Below, in pieces: positions 27,559 through 38,895 of a DNA stretch of 64,000 nt; the stretch's first letter is position 1, and the number at the start of each line of letters is the position of its first letter. Made by a program: the position numbers and the translations under genes. The stretch covers positions 1,280,001 through 1,344,000 of the forward strand of contig CAWKDB010000002.1 of assembly GCA_963848295.1 (NCBI GenBank), read 5' to 3'. The notes beneath the pieces were generated by a model. That model searched no databases. It was not told the origin of the DNA and saw nothing but the letters and a program-made list of their open reading frames with translations. The DNA is from an uncultured delta proteobacterium. GTDB lineage: Bacteria; Myxococcota_A; Polyangia; Haliangiales; Haliangiaceae.

Positions 27559-28047
27559 GAGCGGAACATTAGGCCGTTCGTGCGATGGAACCGATCCGCT
27601 CCGACCATGACGACGCTCCCGGTCCACCATGGTTCCGCTGCTTGTCGATCGTATCCTGGAGCAACTCCCGACCCTGCGGACGCGCTTCGGCGAATCGCTC
27701 GCGCTGGTTTCTCGCCCGCAGATCGCGGGACAGTGAGCCTGTAGTCACGCCGCGACCATCTGCACGATCTGCATTGCGTCGGAGGTCGTCCATTGCGAGC
27801 CCGGATGTATCTGTAAGTCTTGATTCGCGGGTCCAAACCGCTACCTCGCACAAGACCGGGCCCGGCCTGTGGACGATGGCACTCGTGCGGACAACCGCTC
27901 GCGCTGCCGATCGAGGTCTTCCATTCGTCGATCATTCAAATCGATCTGTGGAACAGCCATCGTCGCGTCGGGGGCTATTGGGATGCGAGCGACCGGGCGC
28001 GTCGGACACTTCGAGCACCGCCGGGTTGGAGCGCGAGCTGCATGGCG

Positions 28048-29058
<1,011 letters not shown>

Positions 29059-29103
29059 GAATCCAGCCTGCCCGATCGATATCACGCTAGATAATCGTAC
29101 TTG

Positions 29104-29128
29104 CTGATGGTCTATCAGATATTCTGAT
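29104..29128. promoter_or_regulatory. LysR-type binding site
   Basis: Overlapping palindromes CTGAT-N5-ATCAG and ATCAG-N5-CTGAT (T-N11-A) between divergent yeiH and lysR. Confidence 0.65.
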
Positions 29129-29134
29129 GGCTTG

Positions 29135-30029
29135 ATGGCCGCGTTCGACCCCGCCTTGCTCGCGACGTTCTTGGCCGTCGTCGATGCCGGCAGCGTATCG
29201 GCCGCCGCACGCGGCGTGCACTTGTCGCAGCCGGCGGTGACCGCGCAGATTCGCAAGCTCGAAGACTCGCTCGGTGCGCCGCTGTTCGTCCGCCAGTCGC
29301 ATGGCGTGACGCCGACCGACGCCGGCCGCACGCTCGCCGGTTACGCGCGCTCGGTCCGCGACCTGCTCGACGAAGCGGCGCGCCGGATTCTCGCCTCTGG
29401 CCGAGCCGACCGGGCCGCTCGTGGTCGCGGCGAGCACCACGATCGCCGCGCACGTCTTGCCGCGCCTGCTCGCCGAGTTTCGCGCCTTGCATCGCGACGT
29501 GGCGCTGACGATCTGGGTCGGCAACACCGAGGATGTCGTCACGGAGGTGCGAGCGGCGCGAGCCCCGCTCGGCTTGGTCGAGGGCCATGCGCGCGCGCCC
29601 GGCGTGCGACTCGAACCGTTTCTCGACGACGAGATCGTGCCGGTCGTCGGCCGTGGCGCGCCGTTTGCGGTCCGGCGCACGCGCGACCTCGACGACATCC
29701 CGATCCTGTGGCGAGAGCACGGATTGGGCACGCGCGCCGTCGTCGAGCGCGCCCTCGCGGCCGCCGGGCTGCGCAGGCGCGCCGCGCGCCACCTCGACGT
29801 CGAGCTCGGCAGCACGGAGGCGATCCTCGGCGGCGTCGAGGCCGGGCTCGGCGTCGGCTTTGTCTCGCGCTCGTCCGCGCGCGTTCACCTCGCCGCCGGC
29901 CTCGTCCGCATCGTGCCGGCGCTCGAGCTCGTGGTCCGCCGTACGTTTCGCTGGGCCCTCCCCGCGGGTGCGCTCGCCGGCTCGGCCGCGAGGTTCTACG
30001 ACTTCGCGACGCGCGCCGCGACGCGGTGA
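29135..30029 (+). CDS. LysR regulator, YeiE/CysL-like (indel at ~29400)
   Basis: GSVSAAARGVHLSQPAVTAQIRKLE; ASTTIA, GNTEDV, RE..GTR in the second frame. Confidence 0.88.
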
Positions 30030-30046
30030 GCGTACACTCGCTGGCG

Positions 30047-30724
30047 ATGCGCGCGTGTCTGCGTTATGCGCCGGTGTTGCTCGTCGTCTGTGCGATCGCA
30101 TGCGCGCCGGCGATCGGTTGCGCGCTGCTCCAGGGCAGAGCCGTGAACGCCGCCGGTGCCCGATCGCAGCTCCAGCTCGTGTGGCTCGTGGCCGGTCTCG
30201 CGTTCGCGGGTCAGCTCCTCGCGGTGGGCGCCGCCGCCCCTCTCGTGCGCAGCTTGGCCGACGGAGCTCCGATCGCGCTGCGCCGCGCCCCGCGAGTGGC
30301 GCTTGCCGGCCTCGCGGCGACCTTCGGGCCCTGGCTCGTCGCGATCGCGGCGATCGGCCTCGGCCTCGTAGCCCTCGTCGTGCCGGGCGCGATCCTGCTC
30401 GCGCTGTTCGCCACGGTCGGCGCGACCGCGCGCGATGGCGGCTCGGTCGGCACGGCGCTCGCGACCACCGCGGCCGAAACCCGTGCGCGCCCGAGGCGAG
30501 TGATCGCGATCGTCGCGGCGGTGATCGTCGTGGATATCGTGCTCGCGGTCGTGGTGCACACGGTGTTCGCGCATGCGATTCCTGCCAAGCCGAAGCCGGC
30601 TGACTACGGGGTCGCCCGCATCGGACTTCAGGTATTTGCCGCGCTCATCATCGTCATCACGCCGATCGCGGCGTGCGCGCTCGCGGCCACCCGGCGTGCC
30701 ACGGCGCCGCAGCTCGCAGCGTGA
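30047..30724 (+). CDS. Hypothetical membrane protein
   Basis: Multiple TM segments; TACACT box 8 nt upstream. Confidence 0.65.
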   Translation: MRACLRYAPVLLVVCAIACAPAIGCALLQGRAVNAAGARSQLQLVWLVAGLAFAGQLLAVGAAAPLVRSLADGAPIALRRAPRVALAGLAATFGPWLVAIAAIGLGLVALVVPGAILLALFATVGATARDGGSVGTALATTAAETRARPRRVIAIVAAVIVVDIVLAVVVHTVFAHAIPAKPKPADYGVARIGLQVFAALIIVITPIAACALAATRRATAPQLAA

Positions 30725-30741
30725 TGATACGCTGAGGCTCG

Positions 30742-31856
30742 ATGGGACGAGCTCGTGTGGGTGTCACGGCTGCCGTGTCCGTGATGTTGATCCTCGCGTC
30801 GACGCTCGCGCTCGACTGGTTCTACGCGCGGGTCAACGCGAACGTGATCGGCGGAGACGCCGTCGTCAAGTCGATGGTCGAGAACAGCGTGTTCAAGATC
30901 GACCTGCACTCGGTCGGCCTGTGCCATCAAGGCGTGTGCGTGTCGGTGTCGATGAGCAAGCTGGTGGGGGCGTACCCGACCCTCGCGGGCGCCGCATTCT
31001 GGGTCAGCTTGGTCCTCGCCGGGGTGGTCGCGTTCCAGGCCGGCGTCCGCATGATCGGCGGCGCGCCGAACCCCCAGCTCAACACGCTCGGCTACCTGCT
31101 CGCGTTCGCGTCGTTCGCGACCGCGGCGCTCGCCGGTTACATGTTCGGTCCCGAGACCGGCAACCACACCGAGGCCGGGTTCGCGGCGACGCGGTCGTGG
31201 GGCGCGGTCGCGCTGCTCGTCGGCGATGTCGTCGCGGTCGTGGCGTTGTATTTCGCGATCAAGCCGGACGAGCCAGCGTCGGAAGCCCCGGTCATCGTCC
31301 ATCCGCGCGTTGCCGCCGCCGCACCGGTCGTGGCGCCGACGCCGGCGCGCTCCCAGGTGCCCGATTCGATCCCCCTCGACGGTCGCCCGCTCGAGGCCAC
31401 CGCGAACCCCGCGCCTCTCGTCGATGTCCCCAGTCCGACCGTCGAGCCGGCCGCGCTGCGCGGCGTGCTGCGCTACGCGACCGCAACCGCGACGCTCGCA
31501 TCGATCGGCATCGACGCGACGCTCGAGGCGGGCGCGACGCGGATCGTGCGGTGGAGCGAGGTCGTCGGTATCCACGCGCGGAGGCTCCGCCGGGCCCGCC
31601 GTTCGACAGCGTGACGTTCGTCGATGTCGTCTCGACCGCCGGCGCGACGCTTCGCATCCTGCCGTGGACGCGCCTGACCGGCGACTCGATCGAACCCGGC
31701 GAGGGACGGATGCGCGCGTTCGTCAACCTGGCTGCGGCGCGCTGCCCCAGCGCAAACGTCGATCGCGCGACCCGCGCCTTCGCCGACAGCGCCGAGCCCG
31801 CTCGCCAACTCCCCGACGAGGCCACGCTCGCGGCCCACGACGAGCACCTCGCCTAG
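30742..31856 (+). CDS. Hypothetical membrane protein (4 TM plus soluble C-domain; probable indel at ~31588)
   Basis: ORF 30742-31614 continues plausibly in another frame (PPGPPFDSVTFVDVV...) to 31856. Confidence 0.6.
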
Positions 31857-32536
31857 ACGCCGAACCGCTCGAGCGCGGCGCGTAGCTCGCCGCCGTCGCC
31901 GGCGATCGCGACCCGCGGATCGGCCACCGCGGTTGCTTGCCGGCCGTACCACACCGCCTTCCAGCCGGCGCCGAGCGCACCCGCGATGTCGGCGGTGTAC
32001 GAATCTCCGATGTGGACGCGCGGTGCGGGATCGTCAGGCGCGCGCCCGAGCTGCGCGAGCGCATGATCGAAGATCCGCCGGTCCGGCTTCTCGATGCCGA
32101 GCCGGCCCGAATCGATGATCACCGGGAACAGCGAAGCGAGCCCGATCTCGGCGAGCAGCTCGGCGAGCCGACCTTCGGAGTTCGACACCACGACGAGCGC
32201 GATGCCGCGCGCGGACAGCTCGCGCACGACCTCGATCACGCCGCTGATCGGCTTGCGAAATAGATTCGCCCGCGGTTGCTCGGCCTGCAGCCAGTCGGCG
32301 ACCGCGGCCGCCGCGGGTACCCCAGCGCCTTCGAGCAACGCGGTCATCAGCCCGTGCCAGACCCGCCCGTGGCCGCGGGCGCTCAGCGTCTCGTAGAGCT
32401 GCCAGGCCGCGGGAGCGGCCGCCGACAGGGCCGCCGCGTCGACCGAGATCCCCCGCGACACCAGCCGGCGAGCGAGGAAGTCAAGGTCGAGCTCGACCAG
32501 AGTCTGGCCTGCGTCGAAGCTGACGACCGGAACCAC
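31853..32536 (-). CDS. HAD-superfamily hydrolase
   Basis: FDAGQTL, VVSN, EKPD..IF, HIGDS..ADI.GA. Confidence 0.88.
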   Translation of the reverse strand: MVPVVSFDAGQTLVELDLDFLARRLVSRGISVDAAALSAAAPAAWQLYETLSARGHGRVWHGLMTALLEGAGVPAAAAVADWLQAEQPRANLFRKPISGVIEVVRELSARGIALVVVSNSEGRLAELLAEIGLASLFPVIIDSGRLGIEKPDRRIFDHALAQLGRAPDDPAPRVHIGDSYTADIAGALGAGWKAVWYGRQATAVADPRVAIAGDGGELRAALERFGV

Positions 32537-32544
32537 CGCGGCGC

Positions 32545-32552
32545 AGTATACT
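32545..32552. promoter_or_regulatory. Palindromic bidirectional -10 element
   Basis: AGTATACT reads TATACT on both strands, 6 and 8 nt before the two divergent start codons. Confidence 0.6.
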
Positions 32553-32558
32553 CCTGGG

Positions 32559-33605
32559 ATGCTCGACGGGGCTTCTGCCCACGTGCCCGGCGTGCTCGTC
32601 GTGTGGAGCGGGTCGACCCCGACCATCCAGGCGTTTCGCGTGCCGTCGACCGGCGTCGTGATCGGCCGCGAGCTGCTCGAATCGACCAGCGATGATCGAA
32701 TCAGTCGGCAACACGCGCGGGTCGCGTGGAAGGATCGCCGGTTTGTCGTCACCGATCTCGGTAGCCGCAACGGCACCTATGCCGGCGGCCACGCGCTCAT
32801 CGATCGCGAGGTCACGGTCACCGCGCCCTCGGTCGTACGCACCGGTCGCACCGTGTGCGTTCTGGTCGATGACATCCGTAGATTCGAGGGCGGCATCATC
32901 GAGACGCGCCACGACGCGATCATCGGAGCGACCACCCGCGCGTTGTGGCTGCGGATCGAAGAGGCCGCGAGCCAAGGTGCGAATGCGTTGATCGTCGGCG
33001 AGTCCGGTAGTGGCAAGGGCCGGATGGCGCGCGGCTACGCGGCAACCCGCAATCGACCGTACGCGGTGTTCAATCCGACGATCCAAGCGGTCCCGCTCGA
33101 ACGCATCGCCGCACCGCAGATCGAGACGCTGATCCTCGAGCAAGTCGGCAAGCTCGGCGCCGCGAACATCGCGACGCTCGCAAAGCTGCTCGATAGCCGA
33201 CCGAATCTGCGGTTCGTGACGACCGCGGTCATGCCGCTCGAGCACCTCGGTATCGCGCCGGAGCTCGCGATCCGACTCGGGACCTGCTCGGTGTTTCTGC
33301 CACCGCTGCGCGAGCGCCCCGACGAGATGGCCCAGCTCGTGTTCGACGCGGTGCGCGGCGCCGAGTCCGGCTTGCAGATTCACTCGACGCTGATCGAGGC
33401 ATGCCTCCTCCGGCCGTGGCCGGGCAACGCGCGCGAGCTCGTCGCCGAGGTCAGCCAGACCGCGCACGCGGTCGCGGCGCAGGGCAAGAACAACATCCGC
33501 GGCGAGGATCTCGGCAACGATGCCGGCCATCTCATGGTCGGTGCGCCGACGCTCAACGCCGCCGCGCAGCCGACTGCCGTCGGCAAGCCCGGCCCTCGGC
33601 GCTAG
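32559..33605 (+). CDS. FHA domain plus degenerate sigma54-activator AAA+ domain
   Basis: IGR..ISRQHA..DLGSRNGT (FHA); GESGSGK, LPPLRER, WPGNAREL; no GAFTGA, no HTH. Confidence 0.8.
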   Translation: MLDGASAHVPGVLVVWSGSTPTIQAFRVPSTGVVIGRELLESTSDDRISRQHARVAWKDRRFVVTDLGSRNGTYAGGHALIDREVTVTAPSVVRTGRTVCVLVDDIRRFEGGIIETRHDAIIGATTRALWLRIEEAASQGANALIVGESGSGKGRMARGYAATRNRPYAVFNPTIQAVPLERIAAPQIETLILEQVGKLGAANIATLAKLLDSRPNLRFVTTAVMPLEHLGIAPELAIRLGTCSVFLPPLRERPDEMAQLVFDAVRGAESGLQIHSTLIEACLLRPWPGNARELVAEVSQTAHAVAAQGKNNIRGEDLGNDAGHLMVGAPTLNAAAQPTAVGKPGPRR

Positions 33606-33637
33606 CGCGACTCCGCGCGCCCGTGCCCCGCCGGCGC

Positions 33638-34138
33638 TTACCGCAGCGTCCGAACGAGCTCGTCGAGTTGTTCGAACGTCAGCCGCATGCCGTCCGTCAT
33701 GCCGCTCGCGATCGCGCCGTCGAGCGCCGCCTTCGTCGGAAATCGCTGGCGAAGCTCGAGCTGCGTCTTGTCGCCGAGCTGGACGAACGTCGTCGTGACG
33801 ACCGCCTCGCCCGCCTGCGGCATCTGCTCGTAAAGCTGCGTGGCGACGAGGCGAACGTTCGGTACGACCTCGCTGAAGACCCCCGAGAACGCCATCCTCG
33901 GCTGACCGTCCTTGCCGAAGACGTAGCGGTACCTCCCACCCACGCGGGCGTCGTTATCGCACTCGTACATGGTCACGCCGAACGACTTCGGCGCCCACCA
34001 CCGCTTCATGTACTCCGGCGTCGTCCACGCCTCGTAAACGATCCGCGCAGGCGCGTCGAACGTCCGAGTAACGACGAGCTCGAGATCGGAGACGCGGTCG
34101 ACCTGCATGTCATTTCGGTTTGTGTGTCCTGCGAGCAT
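33638..34138 (-). CDS. SRPBCC/AHSA1 domain protein
   Basis: TRTFDAPARIVYEAWT.PE..KRWW, DARVGGRYR; AAGGAG RBS. Confidence 0.88.
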   Translation of the reverse strand: MLAGHTNRNDMQVDRVSDLELVVTRTFDAPARIVYEAWTTPEYMKRWWAPKSFGVTMYECDNDARVGGRYRYVFGKDGQPRMAFSGVFSEVVPNVRLVATQLYEQMPQAGEAVVTTTFVQLGDKTQLELRQRFPTKAALDGAIASGMTDGMRLTFEQLDELVRTLR

Positions 34139-34457
34139 GAACGTTCTCCTTCGTCTTGATTTCTTCGAGCACCGCGTCGAGCTCGGCGAAGCGCGCCTGC
34201 CAGACTTGCCGGTAACGCTCGAGCCAATCGGCCACGGCGCGTAGCTGCTCGGCGCGCAGCTTGTACAAGCGCTGCTGCGCGTGGGGCTGCACGTCGACGA
34301 TCCCCGCATCCTTGAGCACGCGCAGGTGTTTGGATACCTGCGGCTGATTGAGCTTCAAGCGCGCGCCGATCTCATTCACGGCACGCGGGCCGAAGCGCAG
34401 CAGCTCGACGATGCGATAGCGGTTCAGCTCTCCGAGCGCAGAGAAAGTCTCGTGCAC
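34110..34457 (-). CDS. ArsR/SmtB family regulator
   Basis: FSALG..NR..IVELL, QPQVSKHLRVLKDAG. Confidence 0.88.
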   Translation of the reverse strand: MHETFSALGELNRYRIVELLRFGPRAVNEIGARLKLNQPQVSKHLRVLKDAGIVDVQPHAQQRLYKLRAEQLRAVADWLERYRQVWQARFAELDAVLEEIKTKENVHARRTHKPK

Positions 34458-34480
34458 GAATCGAACATGCCGCAGATCGC

Positions 34481-34500
34481 ATATTCCTGTCAAGGCATAT
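34481..34500 (-). promoter_or_regulatory. Operator palindrome overlapping a TTGACA -35 box
   Basis: Minus strand ATATGCC-TTGACA-GGAATAT upstream of arsR. Confidence 0.55.
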
Positions 34501-34536
34501 TTGTCGAGGCCGGAGTCTCGTCTCTCGGGTCCGGCG

Positions 34537-35847
34537 TTAGCGCTTCCGGCGTCTCGCGAGCGCTGCGACCAAGCCGATCAGCGCGAGCCCGCTGCCGCCG
34601 CCGGAGGTCGAGCAGCCATGATGAACGCCTGGGGTCGTGCCGGCATCGCCCAGCTCGGGGTCCTCGCTATCGGTGTCGCCGGCGCCGCCGGGTACGAGCC
34701 GGATCGCGTCGAACACGAGCTGGATGTTCTCGCTGTTCGGCTCACCCGTGTTGTCGGCGAGATGCACGCTCTGAGCTGCGCCGGCGGCAAAGTCGAACGT
34801 GCCGAGCGTCTGCCAGCCGTCGACCGCGGTCTGATCGATCGTGACGCTCGACGTGTCGCCGCTCGCGACGATGTCGTACTTCGCCTGCTTCGATTGCGCG
34901 TACGCCGCGGCGGTGTACGCATCGACGCGATAGCTGCCGGCGCTCGTCAGGTCGATGTTCCAGTCGCCGTAGTTCGCTTCGGTCGCATCGTCGGTCGTGT
35001 GCGTCCAGTACAGCTCGCCGCCGATGCCGGCATCGGTCGCGTGCCGCATGTACGCGGCTGGGCCGCCGGCGATGAAGCACGGATCGCTGTCGTCGATCAC
35101 GCCGCCGCCGGGGGCCAGCACGGCGCAGCTCTGTGGCGGGCCAAGAAACGCGTCGAACGATGCCTTGTCGCCATTCCAGCGATCGACGTCGACGGCGGTC
35201 GCGATGCCGGCGATCGCGCCCGACGACGTGTACTGCCAGAACGCCCAATCGGTCCACGGCGCCGCGATATCCGGGCACGTCGCGGTCGTGTACTGCGCGT
35301 GCCACAGCGGCGAGCTCGTCAGGTCCGGGCCGCCGACCGAATCGCGCCAGAAGTAGAACCCGGTGTAGATGATCGGCGGCCGGCCGATCGCGGCGGAGAC
35401 ATGCGCGACCCACTTCTCCACCGCAGCAGCGACGGCGGTCGGTCCGAGGCCATCGGTGACCTCGACGTCGATCACCGGCGGCAGATCGTCCGGCTTCATC
35501 GGCCCGGTCTTGGTCAGCAACAAGTCGGCCTGCGCGATCGGATCCTGGCTCGGACGGAACAGCTGATAGGCGCCGTGCTTGATCCCGACTGTCCGGCTGC
35601 CGGACCAATTCGCAGCGAACTGTGGATCGAGGAAGTCGGTACCGTCCGAAACCCGGACAAACGAATACACGACGCCCGCGCCGGCGACCGCGGACCAATC
35701 GATCGTGTCTTGGAAGTACGAGACGTCGATGCCCTTGACCGTCGGACCGACGCCGCACACCGTCGCGGCTTGCTCGGCCTCGGCGGTCGGAGCCGGCGCG
35801 GAGTCGGTACAAGCGGCAAATACGGCGAGCAAGGCGGGGCGGTTCAC
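34537..35847 (-). CDS. GH25 lysozyme with golvesin-like beta domain and MYXO-CTERM
   Basis: GIDVSYFQ, DVE, FWQYTSSG, VDVD; VFDAIRL; C-terminal GCSTSG...LIGLVAALARRRKR; N-terminal FAAC lipobox. Confidence 0.85.
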   Translation of the reverse strand: MNRPALLAVFAACTDSAPAPTAEAEQAATVCGVGPTVKGIDVSYFQDTIDWSAVAGAGVVYSFVRVSDGTDFLDPQFAANWSGSRTVGIKHGAYQLFRPSQDPIAQADLLLTKTGPMKPDDLPPVIDVEVTDGLGPTAVAAAVEKWVAHVSAAIGRPPIIYTGFYFWRDSVGGPDLTSSPLWHAQYTTATCPDIAAPWTDWAFWQYTSSGAIAGIATAVDVDRWNGDKASFDAFLGPPQSCAVLAPGGGVIDDSDPCFIAGGPAAYMRHATDAGIGGELYWTHTTDDATEANYGDWNIDLTSAGSYRVDAYTAAAYAQSKQAKYDIVASGDTSSVTIDQTAVDGWQTLGTFDFAAGAAQSVHLADNTGEPNSENIQLVFDAIRLVPGGAGDTDSEDPELGDAGTTPGVHHGCSTSGGGSGLALIGLVAALARRRKR

Positions 35848-35860
35848 CCCGGTCGCGAAC

Positions 35861-35876
35861 AGCAAGCGCTGCGCCA
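35861..35876 (-). promoter_or_regulatory. Sigma54 promoter
   Basis: TGGCGCA-GCGC-TTGCT; 14 nt between the GC and GTG 35847. Confidence 0.65.
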
Positions 35877-35922
35877 GCGTAACCGCGTGAATGTGCGCGC
35901 CTCCGAGTGCCCACGCGCGTGG

Positions 35923-36966
<1,044 letters not shown>

Positions 36967-36999
36967 TAACGACAGCTTAGCGCGTATCACAGACGAAGA

Positions 37000-37024
37000 C
37001 CGAGCCCCGGTTCAGGGGGCTCGG
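37000..37024 (-). terminator. Putative terminator
   Basis: CCGAGCCCC/GGGGCTCGG 9-bp stem followed on the minus strand by TCTTCGTCT. Confidence 0.55.
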
Positions 37025-37066
37025 CGTCGAAGACGGCCCGTTACGGCCCGGGCACACTCTGGTGCG

Positions 37067-37228
37067 CTATGAGCGTCGCGGCTCGTTGCGATCACGCCCC
37101 GGTTGGGGCTGTGATTGCGGCATCTGACCGCCGCGATGTTCTTCCGGTTTACGCTCCGGCTGCTGGCCGGTCTTCTGAGTCTGGTTCTGGTTCTTGTCCT
37201 GTTCGGATGGCTTCTTGGGATCGGGCAT
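37067..37228 (-). CDS. Small hydrophilic protein, 53 aa (below the ORF-track cutoff)
   Basis: MPDPKKPSEQDKNQNQTQKTGQQPERKPEEHRGGQMPQSQPQPGRDRNEPRRS; AAAGGAAG RBS; own promoter and terminator. Confidence 0.7.
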   Translation of the reverse strand: MPDPKKPSEQDKNQNQTQKTGQQPERKPEEHRGGQMPQSQPQPGRDRNEPRRS

Positions 37229-37256
37229 TAGGGCTTCCTTTCTGCGGCCGGGTTAG

Positions 37257-37272
37257 TGCACCTCGCATGCCG
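37257..37272 (-). promoter_or_regulatory. Sigma54 promoter
   Basis: CGGCATG-CGAG-GTGCA. Confidence 0.6.
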
Positions 37273-37408
37273 CGCGAAGCTCGCGTTTAGCGGTCGCAGC
37301 TCGCGTCGTGAGCGCACGCCGCGCGCGATCGCTCCCTCACTCCTTCGCGACGGAATGACAGCCGCTGCACCCGACTCCCGTTTGGTCCTCTGGCGTCCAC
37401 TCTTCTAA

Positions 37409-38125
37409 TTAGTGACCGCCGAGGTACGCCTTGCGGATCTTGTCGTCCGCCGCGAGCTCGGACGCCTTGCCGGAGGCCACGAGCGCGCCGACCTCGAGCA
37501 CGTAGGCCGTCGATGCGATGCGCAGCGCCATGTGCGCATTCTGCTCGACGAGCAGGATCGTCGTCCCCTCGCTCACGGTCGTGCGGATGATCTCGAAGAT
37601 CTTCGCGACGATCTGCGGCGCGAGCCCGAGCGATGGCTCGTCGAGCAACAGCAACTTCGGCCGCGCGAGCAACGCGCGGGCGATCGCGAGCATCTGCTGC
37701 TCGCCGCCCGACAACGTGCCGGCGTTCTGTCCGAGCCGCTCGGCGAGCCGCGGGAACAACTCGAACGCGCGCGTTCGATCCTTCGCGATCGCCGCCGCGT
37801 CGGTGCGCAGAAACGCGCCGATCTGGAGATTCTCGTCGACCGTGAGGTTGGAGAAGATGCCGCGGCCCTCGGGCACGTGCGAGATGCCGAGCGCGACGAT
37901 CGCATGCGCCGGCTTGCCGGTGATGTCCTGGCCCGCGAGCTTGACCGTACCCTTCGTCGGCTTCACCAGCCCCGAGATCGCGCGCAAGGTCGTCGTCTTG
38001 CCGGCGCCGTTCGCGCCGATCAGCGTCACGATCTCTCCGGCGGCGACCGAGAAGCTCACGCCCTTGAGCGCGTGGATGCCGCCGTAGTGAACGTCGATGC
38101 CCTCGACCTCGAGCAGCGCGGTCAT
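37409..38125 (-). CDS. livF: Branched-chain amino acid ABC ATPase
   Basis: GANGAGKTT, LSGGEQQM, LLDEPSLGLAP, VEQNA. Confidence 0.93.
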   Translation of the reverse strand: MTALLEVEGIDVHYGGIHALKGVSFSVAAGEIVTLIGANGAGKTTTLRAISGLVKPTKGTVKLAGQDITGKPAHAIVALGISHVPEGRGIFSNLTVDENLQIGAFLRTDAAAIAKDRTRAFELFPRLAERLGQNAGTLSGGEQQMLAIARALLARPKLLLLDEPSLGLAPQIVAKIFEIIRTTVSEGTTILLVEQNAHMALRIASTAYVLEVGALVASGKASELAADDKIRKAYLGGH

Positions 38126-38895
38126 GCGGCCTCTTCGGGCACGCCGAGATAGGCCTCGATCACCTTCGGGTCGCGCTGGATGTCCTCGGGCTTGCCGGCG
38201 GCGATCGTCACGCCGTGGTCGAGCACGGTGATGTGCTCGCAGATCTCCATGACGAGCCCCATGTCGTGCTCGATCAGCAAGATCGCGACGTCGAACGTCT
38301 CGCGCAGGGACTCGATCAGCGCGCGCATGTCGTGCTTTTCCTGCGTGTTCATCCCCGCGACCGGCTCGTCGAGCAGCAACACCTTCGGCTCGGTCGCGAG
38401 AGCCCGCGCGATCTCGAGTCGGCGTTGATCGCCATACGGCAAGCTCTTCGCCGGCTCGGCGGCGCGATGCGCGATGCCGAGGATCTCGAGCAGCTCGAGC
38501 GAACGCTCGACGATCGCGGCCTCCTCGGCGAGATAGAGCGGCGTGCGCAACAAGCTCCGCCACAGCCCGCTCTTCGCCCGCACGCCGGCGGCGGTACGGA
38601 CGTTGTCGAGCACCGATAGTGCGTCGAACAGCCGGATGTTCTGGAACGTGCGCGCGAGCCCGGCCTGCGCGATCGCGCTCGGCTTCTTGCCGTCGATCCG
38701 GCTGCCGCCGAGGTGAACGTCGCCGGAGTCCGGCTTGTAGACGCCCGTCAGCAAGTTGAACACCGTCGTCTTGCCCGCGCCGTTCGGGCCGATCAACCCG
38801 CGCAAGCTCTGCGGGGGCAGCTCGAGCGAGAAGTCGCACACCGCCTTGAGCCCGCCGAACGCGAGCGACAGATCGTTTGCGGCGAGCGCGTTCAC
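38122..38895 (-). CDS. livG: Branched-chain amino acid ABC ATPase
   Basis: [45 protein letters not shown]. Confidence 0.93.
   Translation of the reverse strand: MNALAANDLSLAFGGLKAVCDFSLELPPQSLRGLIGPNGAGKTTVFNLLTGVYKPDSGDVHLGGSRIDGKKPSAIAQAGLARTFQNIRLFDALSVLDNVRTAAGVRAKSGLWRSLLRTPLYLAEEAAIVERSLELLEILGIAHRAAEPAKSLPYGDQRRLEIARALATEPKVLLLDEPVAGMNTQEKHDMRALIESLRETFDVAILLIEHDMGLVMEICEHITVLDHGVTIAAGKPEDIQRDPKVIEAYLGVPEEAA

Noticed and set aside
27569..27853. Short minus-strand ORF
   Set aside because: No recognisable motif or translation signal.
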